A stretch of DNA of 64,000 nt from assembly GCA_017465405.1 (NCBI GenBank), contig JAFTWG010000008.1, positions 13,304 to 77,303 of the forward strand. The letters are read 5' to 3'. The DNA is from Alphaproteobacteria bacterium. GTDB taxonomy: Bacteria; Pseudomonadota; Alphaproteobacteria; RF32; CAG-239. Positions 19,134-27,968 of this stretch are shown here, piece by piece. Position numbers and translations under genes: made by a program. The stretch's first letter is position 1. Every line of letters begins with the position of its first letter. The notes below the pieces were generated by a model. That model saw only the letters and a list, made by a program, of their open reading frames with translations. It did not search any database and was not told where the DNA came from.

Positions 19134-19685
19134 TTAAAAAGTATATTTTAACCACATAAATAATACGTTTCCATCATTTTTAACACCCGGTACATAAGCC
19201 GCTTGTAATGATGCGTTTTTATAAGTTATACCAGAAACCGGCAACGGAAGAGGAACCGGAATATAACTGTATTCATGGCGTTGAGTTACACCGATTGTAT
19301 AACCTGCTCCCAATTTCCAATCTCCGCTGTCGGAAATATCCCAGTTATATTGATAAGCATATCCTATCATTGTTTCTAAATAGAAGTTAGAATCTTTGAA
19401 TGCCATAGCATATAAACCATGCCATTCATTTCCTTTCCAAATTCCCTTACCTAAACCGAATCCCCAAGCTTCTTCATTATACTTATCCAAATGCTTATCA
19501 TCATAGGTCCAACGATTATGCCACGCATAAAACGGAACATAAGCATCCCAACGACCACAATGCCAAGTATCTGAAATATTAATCTTTAAATCTTCATACC
19601 ATTCGCTAAAACTCCAAGCTTTTGCATCTGTTGTGAATACAGAAATTAAAATAGCTAATGGTAATATATATTTTGTAAGTCTCAT
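19134..19685 (-). CDS. pagP: Lipid A palmitoyltransferase PagP homolog (outer-membrane beta-barrel)
   Basis: A signal peptide is present. The WHGLYAMAFKDS 12-mer is identical to E. coli PagP as I recall it. The catalytic His context (AWHNRW), the Asp-Ser of AFKDS, YIPVPLPLP and the C-terminal GNVLFMWLKYTF all parallel E. coli PagP. Confidence 0.85.
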   Translation of the reverse strand: MRLTKYILPLAILISVFTTDAKAWSFSEWYEDLKINISDTWHCGRWDAYVPFYAWHNRWTYDDKHLDKYNEEAWGFGLGKGIWKGNEWHGLYAMAFKDSNFYLETMIGYAYQYNWDISDSGDWKLGAGYTIGVTQRHEYSYIPVPLPLPVSGITYKNASLQAAYVPGVKNDGNVLFMWLKYTF

Positions 19686-19693
19686 TTTTTCCT

Positions 19694-21340
19694 CTATATT
19701 AATCTACTATTATCAATTGCCGCCTTAACAAACGCAACAAATAGCGGGTGCGGTTCAAACGGTTTGGATTTTAATTCCGGATGGAACTGAACACCAATAA
19801 ACCACGGATGATCGGAAATTTCAACTATTTCCGGCAACTTACCATCAGGAGATTTTCCGACAATATTCATTCCGGCTTTTTTTAATACAGGTTCATACTT
19901 GATATTAACTTCATAGCGGTGGCGATGTCTTTCGCTTATTTCCTTACCGCCGTATATTTGAAAACACTTTGATTTTTCATCTAAAACAGTAGGGTAAGCA
20001 CCTAAACGCATAGTTCCGCCTAAATCTCCGTCTTTATGACGAATCTGTTTTGCTCCATCTTTATCCCATTCGGTCATCAAACCGACAACTGCTTCACAAT
20101 CATCAGATAATTCACTGCTGTTGGCATTTTTAATTCCGGCAACATTGCGCATAGTTTCAATTACGGCCATTTGCATACCGAAGCATATACCTAAATAGGG
20201 AATATTATGTTCACGAGCATATTTTGCTGCCAAAATTTTTCCTTCTGTTCCCCTATTTCCGAAACCTCCGGGGACTAAAATTGCACTGACATCATTCAAA
20301 TGATTTTCGGCTCCGTCTCTTTCTAAATCTTCGGCATCTAACCATTTGATTTTAACCTTAAATTGGTTGGCAATGCCGCCGTGAGTTAAAGCTTCGGCAA
20401 TAGACTTATATGCTTCTTGAAGTTGATACTTTCCAACAATCGCAATCTTAACTTCACCTTCAGGATTTTGTACAATATCAGCTATTTTTTCCCACTTGCT
20501 TAAATCTGCTTTTTTTGTTGTATCAAGATGAAAATATTTACAAACTTCAATATCTAATCCCTCTGCCGAGTAAGCCAATGGAACGTGATAAATAGACTTT
20601 GCATCCAATGCTGCAATAACACATTCTTCTCTTACATTACAGAATAATGCTATTTTACGCTTTTCGTTTTGCGGAATTTCAATTTGAGAACGACAAAGCA
20701 AAATATCCGGTTGAATACCATATTCTTGTAATTGCTTAACCGAGTGTTGAGTCGGTTTGGTTTTTAATTCTCCTGCAGTAGGAATATATGGTAACAATGT
20801 GAGATGAACAAACATTGTTCTGTCTCGTCCCAATTCATAGGCTAATTGACGAATTGCCTCCAAATATGGTTGTCCCTCAATATCACCTACTGTTCCGCCG
20901 ATTTCACACAAAATAAAATCTTCATCGGTAACGTTACCTATAATCACATTTTTAATTTCATTTGTAACATGAGGAATTACCTGTATTGTTGCACCTAAAT
21001 AATCTCCTCTGCGTTCCTTATCCAAAACACGTTGGTATATTTTACCGCTGGTGACACTGTCATATTTTGTTGCCGGAATACCGGAAAAACGTTCATAGTG
21101 TCCTAAATCTAAATCAGCTTCCGTTCCATCGTCAGTAACATATACTTCTCCATGTTGACAAGGATTCATTGTTCCGGGGTCAACATTTAAGTAGGGATCA
21201 AGTTTTCTCAATCTTACTTTATATCCTCTTGCTTGCAGTAAAGCAGCTAAAGAAGCAGAAGCCAACCCCTTTCCAAGTGACGATACGACACCGCCGGTTA
21301 TAAATATAAATTTTGTATTACTATTTGAAATTACAGACAT
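19694..21340 (-). CDS. pyrG: CTP synthase
   Basis: [13 protein letters not shown] at the N-terminus and the glutamine amidotransferase motif GICFGMQ are present, at the expected length. Confidence 0.96.
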   Translation of the reverse strand: MSVISNSNTKFIFITGGVVSSLGKGLASASLAALLQARGYKVRLRKLDPYLNVDPGTMNPCQHGEVYVTDDGTEADLDLGHYERFSGIPATKYDSVTSGKIYQRVLDKERRGDYLGATIQVIPHVTNEIKNVIIGNVTDEDFILCEIGGTVGDIEGQPYLEAIRQLAYELGRDRTMFVHLTLLPYIPTAGELKTKPTQHSVKQLQEYGIQPDILLCRSQIEIPQNEKRKIALFCNVREECVIAALDAKSIYHVPLAYSAEGLDIEVCKYFHLDTTKKADLSKWEKIADIVQNPEGEVKIAIVGKYQLQEAYKSIAEALTHGGIANQFKVKIKWLDAEDLERDGAENHLNDVSAILVPGGFGNRGTEGKILAAKYAREHNIPYLGICFGMQMAVIETMRNVAGIKNANSSELSDDCEAVVGLMTEWDKDGAKQIRHKDGDLGGTMRLGAYPTVLDEKSKCFQIYGGKEISERHRHRYEVNIKYEPVLKKAGMNIVGKSPDGKLPEIVEISDHPWFIGVQFHPELKSKPFEPHPLFVAFVKAAIDNSRLI

Positions 21341-21429
21341 TTTAAAATATACCTACTCTTCTTTTAAAGTGACAAGGACACCTTAGCATTTTCTAAGGTG
21401 CCCTGTTATTTTCGTTAAAACGATCATAT

Positions 21430-21750
21430 TTACTTCTCTGCAACCGGAGCTGAAGGAACAGCCGGAACAGATTGTTCAGCCGGAGCTTGTTCTAAAATAG
21501 ATTTAACTTCACTGTTTGTATTAGCTTTATAATATAAAGACAAAGACATACTTGTAATAAAAAACAATGTAGCTAAAATAGCAGTTGCTTTAGTTAAAAA
21601 ATTACCGGTACCACGAGCTGTTAAAAAGCTGGAAGCACCATTACCACCGCCTAATCCGTCAAGTGCACCGCCCGAAGAACGTTGCAACAAAATGAAAGCT
21701 ACCAAAAAAATGGCAATAAGCAAATGTGATACTAATAAAACTGTACTCAT
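21430..21750 (-). CDS. secG: Preprotein translocase subunit SecG
   Basis: Two TM helices flank a G-rich loop (LLQRSSGGALDGLGGGNGASSF), which is typical of SecG. Confidence 0.85.
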   Translation of the reverse strand: MSTVLLVSHLLIAIFLVAFILLQRSSGGALDGLGGGNGASSFLTARGTGNFLTKATAILATLFFITSMSLSLYYKANTNSEVKSILEQAPAEQSVPAVPSAPVAEK

Positions 21751-21765
21751 TTTTATTTCCTTTTA

Positions 21766-22524
21766 TTAACAAACAGACTTCGCAATAGCCAAGAAATCGT
21801 CGGCTTTAAGGCTAGCACCACCAATTAAAGCACCATCAACATCAGGCAAAGACAAAAATTCTTTAGCATTGCTCGGTTTTACCGAACCACCATACAAGAT
21901 ACGCATTCTATTTGCAACACCTTTTCCGAGTTTTTTAGCCAAAACTTTTCTTACTGCTGCATGAACTTCTTCAACATCTTCAGCGGTCGGAGTTTTACCG
22001 GTACCGATTGCCCAAACAGGTTCATAAGCAATAACGGTGTTTGAAGCATCGGCATTATCAGGTACGGAACCCATAATTTGTTTTGAACAAACATCAATGG
22101 TTTTTCCTTCATCTCTTTGTTGTTCTGTTTCGCCGATACAAATAATGGTCTTCAAACCGTTTTCGTATGCAGCAACAGCCTTCTTTGCAACCAATTCATT
22201 GCTTTCCTTATGATCGGCACGACGTTCGGAGTGACCGAGAATCACATAACCGCATCCTAAATCTTTCAACATTGCAGGACTGATATCTCCGGTATGCGCA
22301 CCTTTAACTGCAAAATGTGCATCTTGCGCCCCGAGAGCAACTTTTGTACCGCGCAAAGCTTTTTTAACCGAATAGAGTAAAGTAAACGGAGGGCAAACAA
22401 CAAATTCACACGCAGGTTTGCCCAAAGCTTTAACTTGTGAAGCTACTGATTTTGCGAGATTTACACCATCTTCCAACTGTCCGTTCATCTTCCAGTTGCC
22501 GGCAATCATAATTTTTCTGGCCAT
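21766..22524 (-). CDS. tpiA: Triosephosphate isomerase
   Basis: AGNWKMNG, GHSERR and AYEPVWAIGTG are present. I prefer the ATG at 22524, preceded by AGAGGA. Confidence 0.94.
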   Translation of the reverse strand: MARKIMIAGNWKMNGQLEDGVNLAKSVASQVKALGKPACEFVVCPPFTLLYSVKKALRGTKVALGAQDAHFAVKGAHTGDISPAMLKDLGCGYVILGHSERRADHKESNELVAKKAVAAYENGLKTIICIGETEQQRDEGKTIDVCSKQIMGSVPDNADASNTVIAYEPVWAIGTGKTPTAEDVEEVHAAVRKVLAKKLGKGVANRMRILYGGSVKPSNAKEFLSLPDVDGALIGGASLKADDFLAIAKSVC

Positions 22525-22683
22525 AATTTTATCCTCTAAAGTTAACATATTGCCTTTCTTTTAACATACTAAAAAATTTTTTTCCAGTTAAAAAAACTTT
22601 TCAACACTAATATTTTGTAATTGCATAAAATCATAAATCTATTATATTGAGTCGCAGTTATAATTAAAAGGATGGTAATAAAT

Positions 22684-24519
22684 ATGATTACTAAATTGAG
22701 AAAAGCTCAAGATTCTTGGGCAGCCAAAGCAGTTTTGGCATTAACGGCATTGAGTTTTATGTCATTATTTGGTGTTTCCGGATATTTAAATAGTGCAGCA
22801 GAGAATCCTGCTGTTATCAAGGTTAATGATAACGGGTTAAGTCTTGCCGAATTTAATCAACAGGTAGATGAACAAATAAGAATCGCTCGTCGCCTTTTTG
22901 GAGATAATATTGAAGTAACCGACGAAATCAGAAATTCTATTGCGTCAGAACTGGTTCAAAAAAACTTGAGCGAAATGATTGTAAAAGAAATTGCCGGAGC
23001 AAGGAAAATATATGTAAGTGACGATTTAGTTCGTAACATTATTTTTTCACAACCACAATTTCGTGATGAAAACGGAAAATTCAATCGTGCTGCTTTTCAA
23101 AACTTTTTGAGCACCACAAATTGGAGCGAACAAAAATATATAAATATGATTCGCAATGATATTGTAAAAAGCTTTTTGATAACCAATCCTGTTAACAATA
23201 TCAAAGTTTCCAAAACAATGGCAGATTTGGTAGCTAAAGCCGAAAGTCAACGTAAAATTTTCAAATATATTGAAATTGATTCTGCTGAAATGAAAATTGA
23301 CAGAGAAATCAGCAATGAGGAAGTCGAACAATATTATGAAGATTTCAGTTCGGAATTTATCAATCCTGAAACCAGAGATATCAGTGTTATCGATTTGACT
23401 TTTGAAGATATTGCCAAACAAGTAGAAGTTTCAGAAGAAGAAGTTACCGAGTTTTATAATGCTAATATTGAAAATTTTGAAACTCCGGAAACTCGCGAAG
23501 TTTTGCAAATTCTATCAGCCGATAAAGAAACTGCACAAAAAGCTGCCGATTTGGTAAAATCAGGGGCTGATTTCTATGAAACTGCAGAAACCGTTGCAGA
23601 ACAAAACAAAGAAGATACAGAGTTCGGTTTTGTTTCTAAAGATATGCTTATTGAAGATATTGCCGAAGGTGTATTTAGTGCCCATAAAGGAGATATTGTC
23701 GGTCCGATAGAATCCGAACTCGGTTGGCATGTCATTAAAGTAAAAGATATTAAAGCCGGTTCTAAAACTGATGAAAATGTTGCTCGCAAGCAAATTGTTG
23801 AGGCTATTAAAACCGAAAAAGCTTATGAAACAGCTTATGACGTTACAAAAGAAATAGAAGACAAATTGGGTGCAGGAGCATCGTTAGAAGATGTTGCCAA
23901 AGATTTATCTTTAAGCATCAAGACAATTAAAGGCGTTAAAGATACCGATTCTGCTTCTTATGTAGAAACAGCTTTCTCTTATAATAAAGATGAAATTAGC
24001 CAAGCTGTCGAAAATGACAACGGATTTGCTTTTGTACGAGTTGACAATATTGTAGAGGCACATCAACAAGATATCGCTACCGCAACTCCAAAGATTAAGA
24101 TTTTCTGGGAAGAAAGTGAAAAATCTGCAATAGCACAAGAAGTTATTCAAGACGTTATGAACGACATTGAAAACGGTGATAAAATTGATGATGTTGCAAA
24201 TCGTTACAAACTTAAGTTGACAACGACAGAAGCTCTTACTCGCAGTCAATCCTTTGCTGATTTATCGCAGTCTCAAATGATAGAATTGTTTAATGACAAA
24301 CTAAATGTTGCCAAACAATTTACTTTTGGAAATAAAACAGTTATTGCTATGGCTGTGAAAGATGCTAAAGCCAAAGAAATGAGTGATGAAGATATGGATA
24401 TTATCAATCGTCGTATTAGTATTGATATTAACCAAGAAGCTTCAACACAACTCATCAACAGCTATGGAAATAATTATGATGTTAGAGTAAAATATCGTCA
24501 ATTAGGATTAGCTGATTAA
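22684..24519 (+). CDS. ppiD: Periplasmic chaperone / peptidyl-prolyl isomerase, PpiD-like
   Basis: An N-terminal membrane anchor (SWAAKAVLALTALSFMSLFG) and a SurA-N-like region are present. The parvulin domain contains GPIESELGWHVIKV. I prefer the ATG at 22684. Confidence 0.7.
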   Translation: MITKLRKAQDSWAAKAVLALTALSFMSLFGVSGYLNSAAENPAVIKVNDNGLSLAEFNQQVDEQIRIARRLFGDNIEVTDEIRNSIASELVQKNLSEMIVKEIAGARKIYVSDDLVRNIIFSQPQFRDENGKFNRAAFQNFLSTTNWSEQKYINMIRNDIVKSFLITNPVNNIKVSKTMADLVAKAESQRKIFKYIEIDSAEMKIDREISNEEVEQYYEDFSSEFINPETRDISVIDLTFEDIAKQVEVSEEEVTEFYNANIENFETPETREVLQILSADKETAQKAADLVKSGADFYETAETVAEQNKEDTEFGFVSKDMLIEDIAEGVFSAHKGDIVGPIESELGWHVIKVKDIKAGSKTDENVARKQIVEAIKTEKAYETAYDVTKEIEDKLGAGASLEDVAKDLSLSIKTIKGVKDTDSASYVETAFSYNKDEISQAVENDNGFAFVRVDNIVEAHQQDIATATPKIKIFWEESEKSAIAQEVIQDVMNDIENGDKIDDVANRYKLKLTTTEALTRSQSFADLSQSQMIELFNDKLNVAKQFTFGNKTVIAMAVKDAKAKEMSDEDMDIINRRISIDINQEASTQLINSYGNNYDVRVKYRQLGLAD

Positions 24520-24534
24520 TTTGACTTGTTCAAC

Positions 24535-24568
24535 AAAAAATCCCGAGAAAATTTCTCGGGATTTTTTA
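24535..24568. terminator. Bidirectional rho-independent terminator
   Basis: The stem is TCCCGAGAA / TTCTCGGGA with loop AAT, an A-run before and TTTTTT after. Confidence 0.8.
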
Positions 24569-24751
24569 ATAAAACAAAAATGTATAAACAAACAAAATTA
24601 ATCCTAGCACATAACCGCAATCTATTAATAAATTAGATGACTGTATATTGAAATTTTTATTACGTATAACAATTAATCCGATTAGTAGCAAACTATACGA
24701 TAAAATCATCCATATTAATAATGATATCGTATAGTTTTCCATAATAAACAA
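24566..24751 (-). CDS. Hypothetical small membrane protein (possibly the 3' part of a frameshifted gene)
   Basis: The 61-aa ORF has two hydrophobic helices. It overlaps the upstream 102-aa ORF by 37 nt in another frame. Confidence 0.3.
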   Translation of the reverse strand: MFIMENYTISLLIWMILSYSLLLIGLIVIRNKNFNIQSSNLLIDCGYVLGLILFVYTFLFY

Positions 24752-25023
24752 AGTCCTAATATATTAACTGATAAAATCGGATAACCTAAAACTAATAAAA
24801 TGTTTTTTGCTTCAAAATCAGAGAGTTTATTAATTGATAGTAATGAACAATATGATATAACCAAAGAAATAATTGTACTTAAAGACGGTAAACAGCTAAA
24901 TAAAGAGGAAAATCCTCTTGGTCCACGTGTCCACACCAATAATCCAAATGTAGGGGGAACTATAATCCATGATGCTATTCCCAATATTTTGTAATACAAG
25001 CTATCTCTAACTTTCATTTTCAT
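24715..25023 (-). CDS. Hypothetical membrane protein
   Basis: The 102-aa ORF has ~3 hydrophobic helices. I recognise no family. Confidence 0.35.
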   Translation of the reverse strand: MKMKVRDSLYYKILGIASWIIVPPTFGLLVWTRGPRGFSSLFSCLPSLSTIISLVISYCSLLSINKLSDFEAKNILLVLGYPILSVNILGLCLLWKTIRYHY

Positions 25024-25133
25024 ACCTAATACTGAATTATATTTATTTTTCCTGATACGTTTACTACCATAAAGAAAATATATTCCTTATATGGATCCAT
25101 CTTATAACTTAAGAGTATAAATAACTCATTAAC

Positions 25134-25172
25134 ACAAAAAAACTCCCAAGAAATTACTTGGGAGTTTTTTTA
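25134..25172. terminator. Bidirectional rho-independent terminator
   Basis: The stem is ACTCCCAAG / CTTGGGAGT with loop AAATTA, an A-run before and TTTTTTT after. Confidence 0.8.
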
Positions 25173-25182
25173 TCATTTTTCG

Positions 25183-25692
25183 TTATTCTGTTTTAGATTC
25201 CAAAGGCAAAGCAATTTCTGCACTTACTTCTTCTACTGTTCTTTCGACTTTATCTTTGGTTTCAGCTATATTATCCTTAACTTCTTCTTGAACTTCGGAT
25301 ATTATTTCTTTTACATCTTCTACGACTTGATCTTGAGTTTCAGCAACATTTTCTTCGGCTTCTGTAACAATACTTTCAACTCCCTCAACAACATCTTCCT
25401 GCATTTCAGCTATATTTTCTTTAACGCTATCAGTTGTTTCTTGTATTTCTTCCTCTGTTTCATAAATATTTTCACCTAATACTTCTTTAGCTTTTTCAAT
25501 AGCTCTAATTTCCATTCTTTTAATATAGTCAGCATCTAAAGGTGTCATCTCCATATCGGTTTCATTTTCTGTTATATTTTCAGCATTTACAGGATCAACT
25601 TTAGCAAATGTTTTCCCTCCACTTTCTTCTGCTATTGCATTGTAAGAAATCAAACATCCGGCAGCAATCAATAATGCAAATAATTTCTTCAT
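25183..25692 (-). CDS. Secreted acidic repeat protein (hypothetical)
   Basis: A signal peptide (LIAAGCLISYNAIA) is followed by glutamate/valine-rich periodic segments (ENIAEMQEDVVEGVE, ENVAETQDQVVEDVKE, DNIAETKDKVERTVEE). Confidence 0.6.
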   Translation of the reverse strand: MKKLFALLIAAGCLISYNAIAEESGGKTFAKVDPVNAENITENETDMEMTPLDADYIKRMEIRAIEKAKEVLGENIYETEEEIQETTDSVKENIAEMQEDVVEGVESIVTEAEENVAETQDQVVEDVKEIISEVQEEVKDNIAETKDKVERTVEEVSAEIALPLESKTE

Positions 25693-25715
25693 ATCAAATT
25701 CTCCTAATTAAAAAA

Positions 25716-25789
25716 TGGAGCGAGTAACGGGAATCGAACCCGCATTTAAAGCTTGGGAAGCTCTCATTCTACCATTGAATTATACTCGC
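25716..25789 (-). tRNA. tRNA-Gly (anticodon CCC)
   Basis: The hand-folded cloverleaf has acceptor GCGAGTA/TACTCGC, anticodon loop TTCCCAA, T-loop TTCGATT and an encoded CCA. Confidence 0.9.
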
Positions 25790-25920
25790 TTTACTGGAGA
25801 ACAGTTTACTATCAAAAAGATGATAAAATCAATAAAAAAATTAGTTTCGTCCCATAACAAAGTTTGAAATCTGTCAAAAAAAGAGCTTGCTTTTTATATC
25901 GTATCGTTTAACTTAAAAAA

Positions 25921-26137
25921 CAAGGCAGGTTGGTGTCTGCCCCGAGGACTGAAAACCTCATCGTTGGTTGCCAATACCATTGGCGTAAAAACTCCTTCTG
26001 GTCTGTTGACTGGAAGGAGGCTAATAAGTTTATATACGGGATAAATGTATGTTTATGCCCGTTTTGAATCAATATGCCCGCTATTCCAACGAGTAGTTTT
26101 CAGCTTCCAGTCGCCTTTGCACCAAGGCGATTTTTTA
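25921..26137 (+). ncRNA. Candidate structured RNA (leader or small RNA) ending in a terminator 14 nt before the R-M gene start
   Basis: Several hairpins are visible: GGCAG/CTGCC at 25924-25941, GCCAAT/ATTGGC at 25970-25984, and ACGGGATAAA/TTTATGCCCGT at 26036-26062. A long-range pair GACTGGAAG (26008-26016) / CTTCCAGTC (26104-12) is also present. An AAGGAGG lacks a usable start codon. I recognise no family. Confidence 0.35.
26111..26137 (+). terminator. rho-independent terminator immediately upstream of the methyltransferase gene
   Basis: The stem is TCGCCTT / AAGGCGA with loop TGCACC, followed by TTTTTT. Confidence 0.7.
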
Positions 26138-26150
26138 TTGGGAAGAAAAC

Positions 26151-27968
26151 ATGGGTAATGAAAATCTAAGAAACGCAAATTTTATGACCGAAGATGAAGT
26201 TAGAGATTTAGCTAAAAGAATATTAAATTTTACCGATGATAAAGATGTTAAAGTTGGTGTGGGGCAATTAACTTCATTTAATCAACTTGGATTTAAGGGA
26301 GTTGCAGATAAACCCGATGGTTGGTATCTCCCCAAAAACATTAACGATGTTGCAATCATTCTTGAAACAAAAAATCGTAATGAAGACATATCAAAACAAA
26401 AACATATAGATGAACTTCACAAAAATATCAAGATTGCCCTAACAAAATACAAAAAGGTTATTGGAATTTTATATAATGGTGAAGATATTATTGTTTATAA
26501 AAATTTTGAGGAAATTAAAACAGTTAGTACTCTGCAAAATAAAGAGTATTATTTAAGTTTATTTAAAGAAAACAAGATTGATAAGCAAAAAATATATAAT
26601 TTAACCAAAAAGATAAATGATAGTTTACATTTTGATTTTGGTATTAAAAATCTGTATCACAGAATGATTTTTACTGCTTGTGCTTTGGTTGCTGAAAGAT
26701 ATGGAGCAAATTTAAGTAAAATTAAAGGTATGGATTATCCAACATTTCATACAACCATACACTCTACATTATCAAAATCACTTATAGATTCCAAAAAACA
26801 AAACCATAAATTAGATATATTGCTTGAAGTTTATAGTGAAATTAAAATGAACTCTACTGAAAATCAAAAAGCAATAGATAATTTTATAGATAATATTGTT
26901 GAAATATCTGATTCAATAAATTCTGATTTTTGGAATGGGGAAGATGTTATGGCAATCTTCTTCAATGAATTTAATAGATATAAAGGTAAATCTGAAAGTG
27001 GACAGGTTTTTACCCCTGACCATATAACATCATTTATGTATAAACTTATCAAAGTAAATAAAGATGATATAATTTTAGATGCTGCTTGTGGTAGTGGTGC
27101 TTTTTTAGTTAAAGCAATGTGTAATATGATAAAAGAAGCAGGAGGTATCTCAACAAACAAAGCATCTAAAATTAAACAAAATCAATTATATGGTATAGAA
27201 TTTGATAGGCAGATTTATGCCCTTGCTTGCGCTAATATGCTTATCCACAAAGACGGAAAAACTAATATTGAACATTTGGATACAAGAACAGAAACCGCTT
27301 GTAATTGGATAAAGAATAAAGCAATAACAAAAGTATTGATGAATCCCCCTTTTGAAAATAAGTATGGATGCATAGATATTGTAAGTAATGTATTAGACAA
27401 TGTTTCTGTTGGAACAATTTGTGCTTTTATTTTACCTGATAAAAAATTAGAAAAGGTTGGTAAAAAAGGTTCTAATTTATTAAAACATCACACCTTAAAA
27501 AAGATAATAAAATTATCTGAAAAAACATTTTTAGAAGGAATAACAACATCAGTATTTGTGTTTGAAGCAGGTAAACCGCAAAACAATGAAGAAATATTTG
27601 CTTGTTATATTGAAGAAGACGGACTTGAAACTGTTAAAAATCAAGGAAGACAAGATATAAAAGATAAATGGAATGATATAGAAAACTATTGGATAGATGT
27701 TATAAAAAAACAAAGTGGCAATGAAACAATACAATGGATAAAACCATCAGAGCATTTAAGTTATCAAATGCCAAAGCCGGAATTTGAAATTTTTGAAGAA
27801 GATTTTATTAAAACAGTTATGGATTATTATATGTTTGAAGAAAACATAGATGTAAAATCTTTCAGTGAGAACTTAACTGATAAAGTTTTATATTCCAGCA
27901 ATGTAATTGAAGCAAATGATACAATATCCATTCAATTACCTAAAAACAAAAGGGGTAATGATGAATAA
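26151..27968 (+). CDS. N6-adenine DNA methyltransferase with N-terminal PD-(D/E)xK-like motif: putative BcgI-like (type IIB) restriction-modification A subunit
   Basis: Gamma-class order is seen: motif I ILDAACGSGAFLV, then motif IV VLMNPPF. The N-terminal segment KPDGWYLPKNINDVAIILETKN carries D...ExK spacing typical of PD-(D/E)xK nucleases. The 605 aa length is close to that of BcgI A. Confidence 0.6.
   Translation: MGNENLRNANFMTEDEVRDLAKRILNFTDDKDVKVGVGQLTSFNQLGFKGVADKPDGWYLPKNINDVAIILETKNRNEDISKQKHIDELHKNIKIALTKYKKVIGILYNGEDIIVYKNFEEIKTVSTLQNKEYYLSLFKENKIDKQKIYNLTKKINDSLHFDFGIKNLYHRMIFTACALVAERYGANLSKIKGMDYPTFHTTIHSTLSKSLIDSKKQNHKLDILLEVYSEIKMNSTENQKAIDNFIDNIVEISDSINSDFWNGEDVMAIFFNEFNRYKGKSESGQVFTPDHITSFMYKLIKVNKDDIILDAACGSGAFLVKAMCNMIKEAGGISTNKASKIKQNQLYGIEFDRQIYALACANMLIHKDGKTNIEHLDTRTETACNWIKNKAITKVLMNPPFENKYGCIDIVSNVLDNVSVGTICAFILPDKKLEKVGKKGSNLLKHHTLKKIIKLSEKTFLEGITTSVFVFEAGKPQNNEEIFACYIEEDGLETVKNQGRQDIKDKWNDIENYWIDVIKKQSGNETIQWIKPSEHLSYQMPKPEFEIFEEDFIKTVMDYYMFEENIDVKSFSENLTDKVLYSSNVIEANDTISIQLPKNKRGNDE

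Noticed and set aside
21341-21429. Hairpin CACCTTAG/CTAAGGTG between secG and pyrG as a terminator
   Set aside because: It is not followed by a T-run on the coding (minus) strand. It may be a processing or attenuation structure, but the evidence is too weak to call.
25921-26137. Possibility that the structured region is tmRNA, SRP (4.5S) RNA or 6S RNA
   Set aside because: It has no tRNA-like T-arm (GGTTCGAATCC type) and no tag reading frame ending in hydrophobic residues. The GGAAGGAGG segment does not fold into the SRP domain IV GNRA-loop helix when paired by hand. It is kept only as an unclassified RNA candidate.
26045-26158. 37-codon upstream ORF (MYVYARFESICPLF...) overlapping the methylase start
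   Set aside because: The nearest SD-like sequence (AAGGAGG) is about 24 nt upstream of its ATG, which is too far. The ORF also runs through the terminator hairpin. It is probably not translated, although a leader peptide cannot be excluded.
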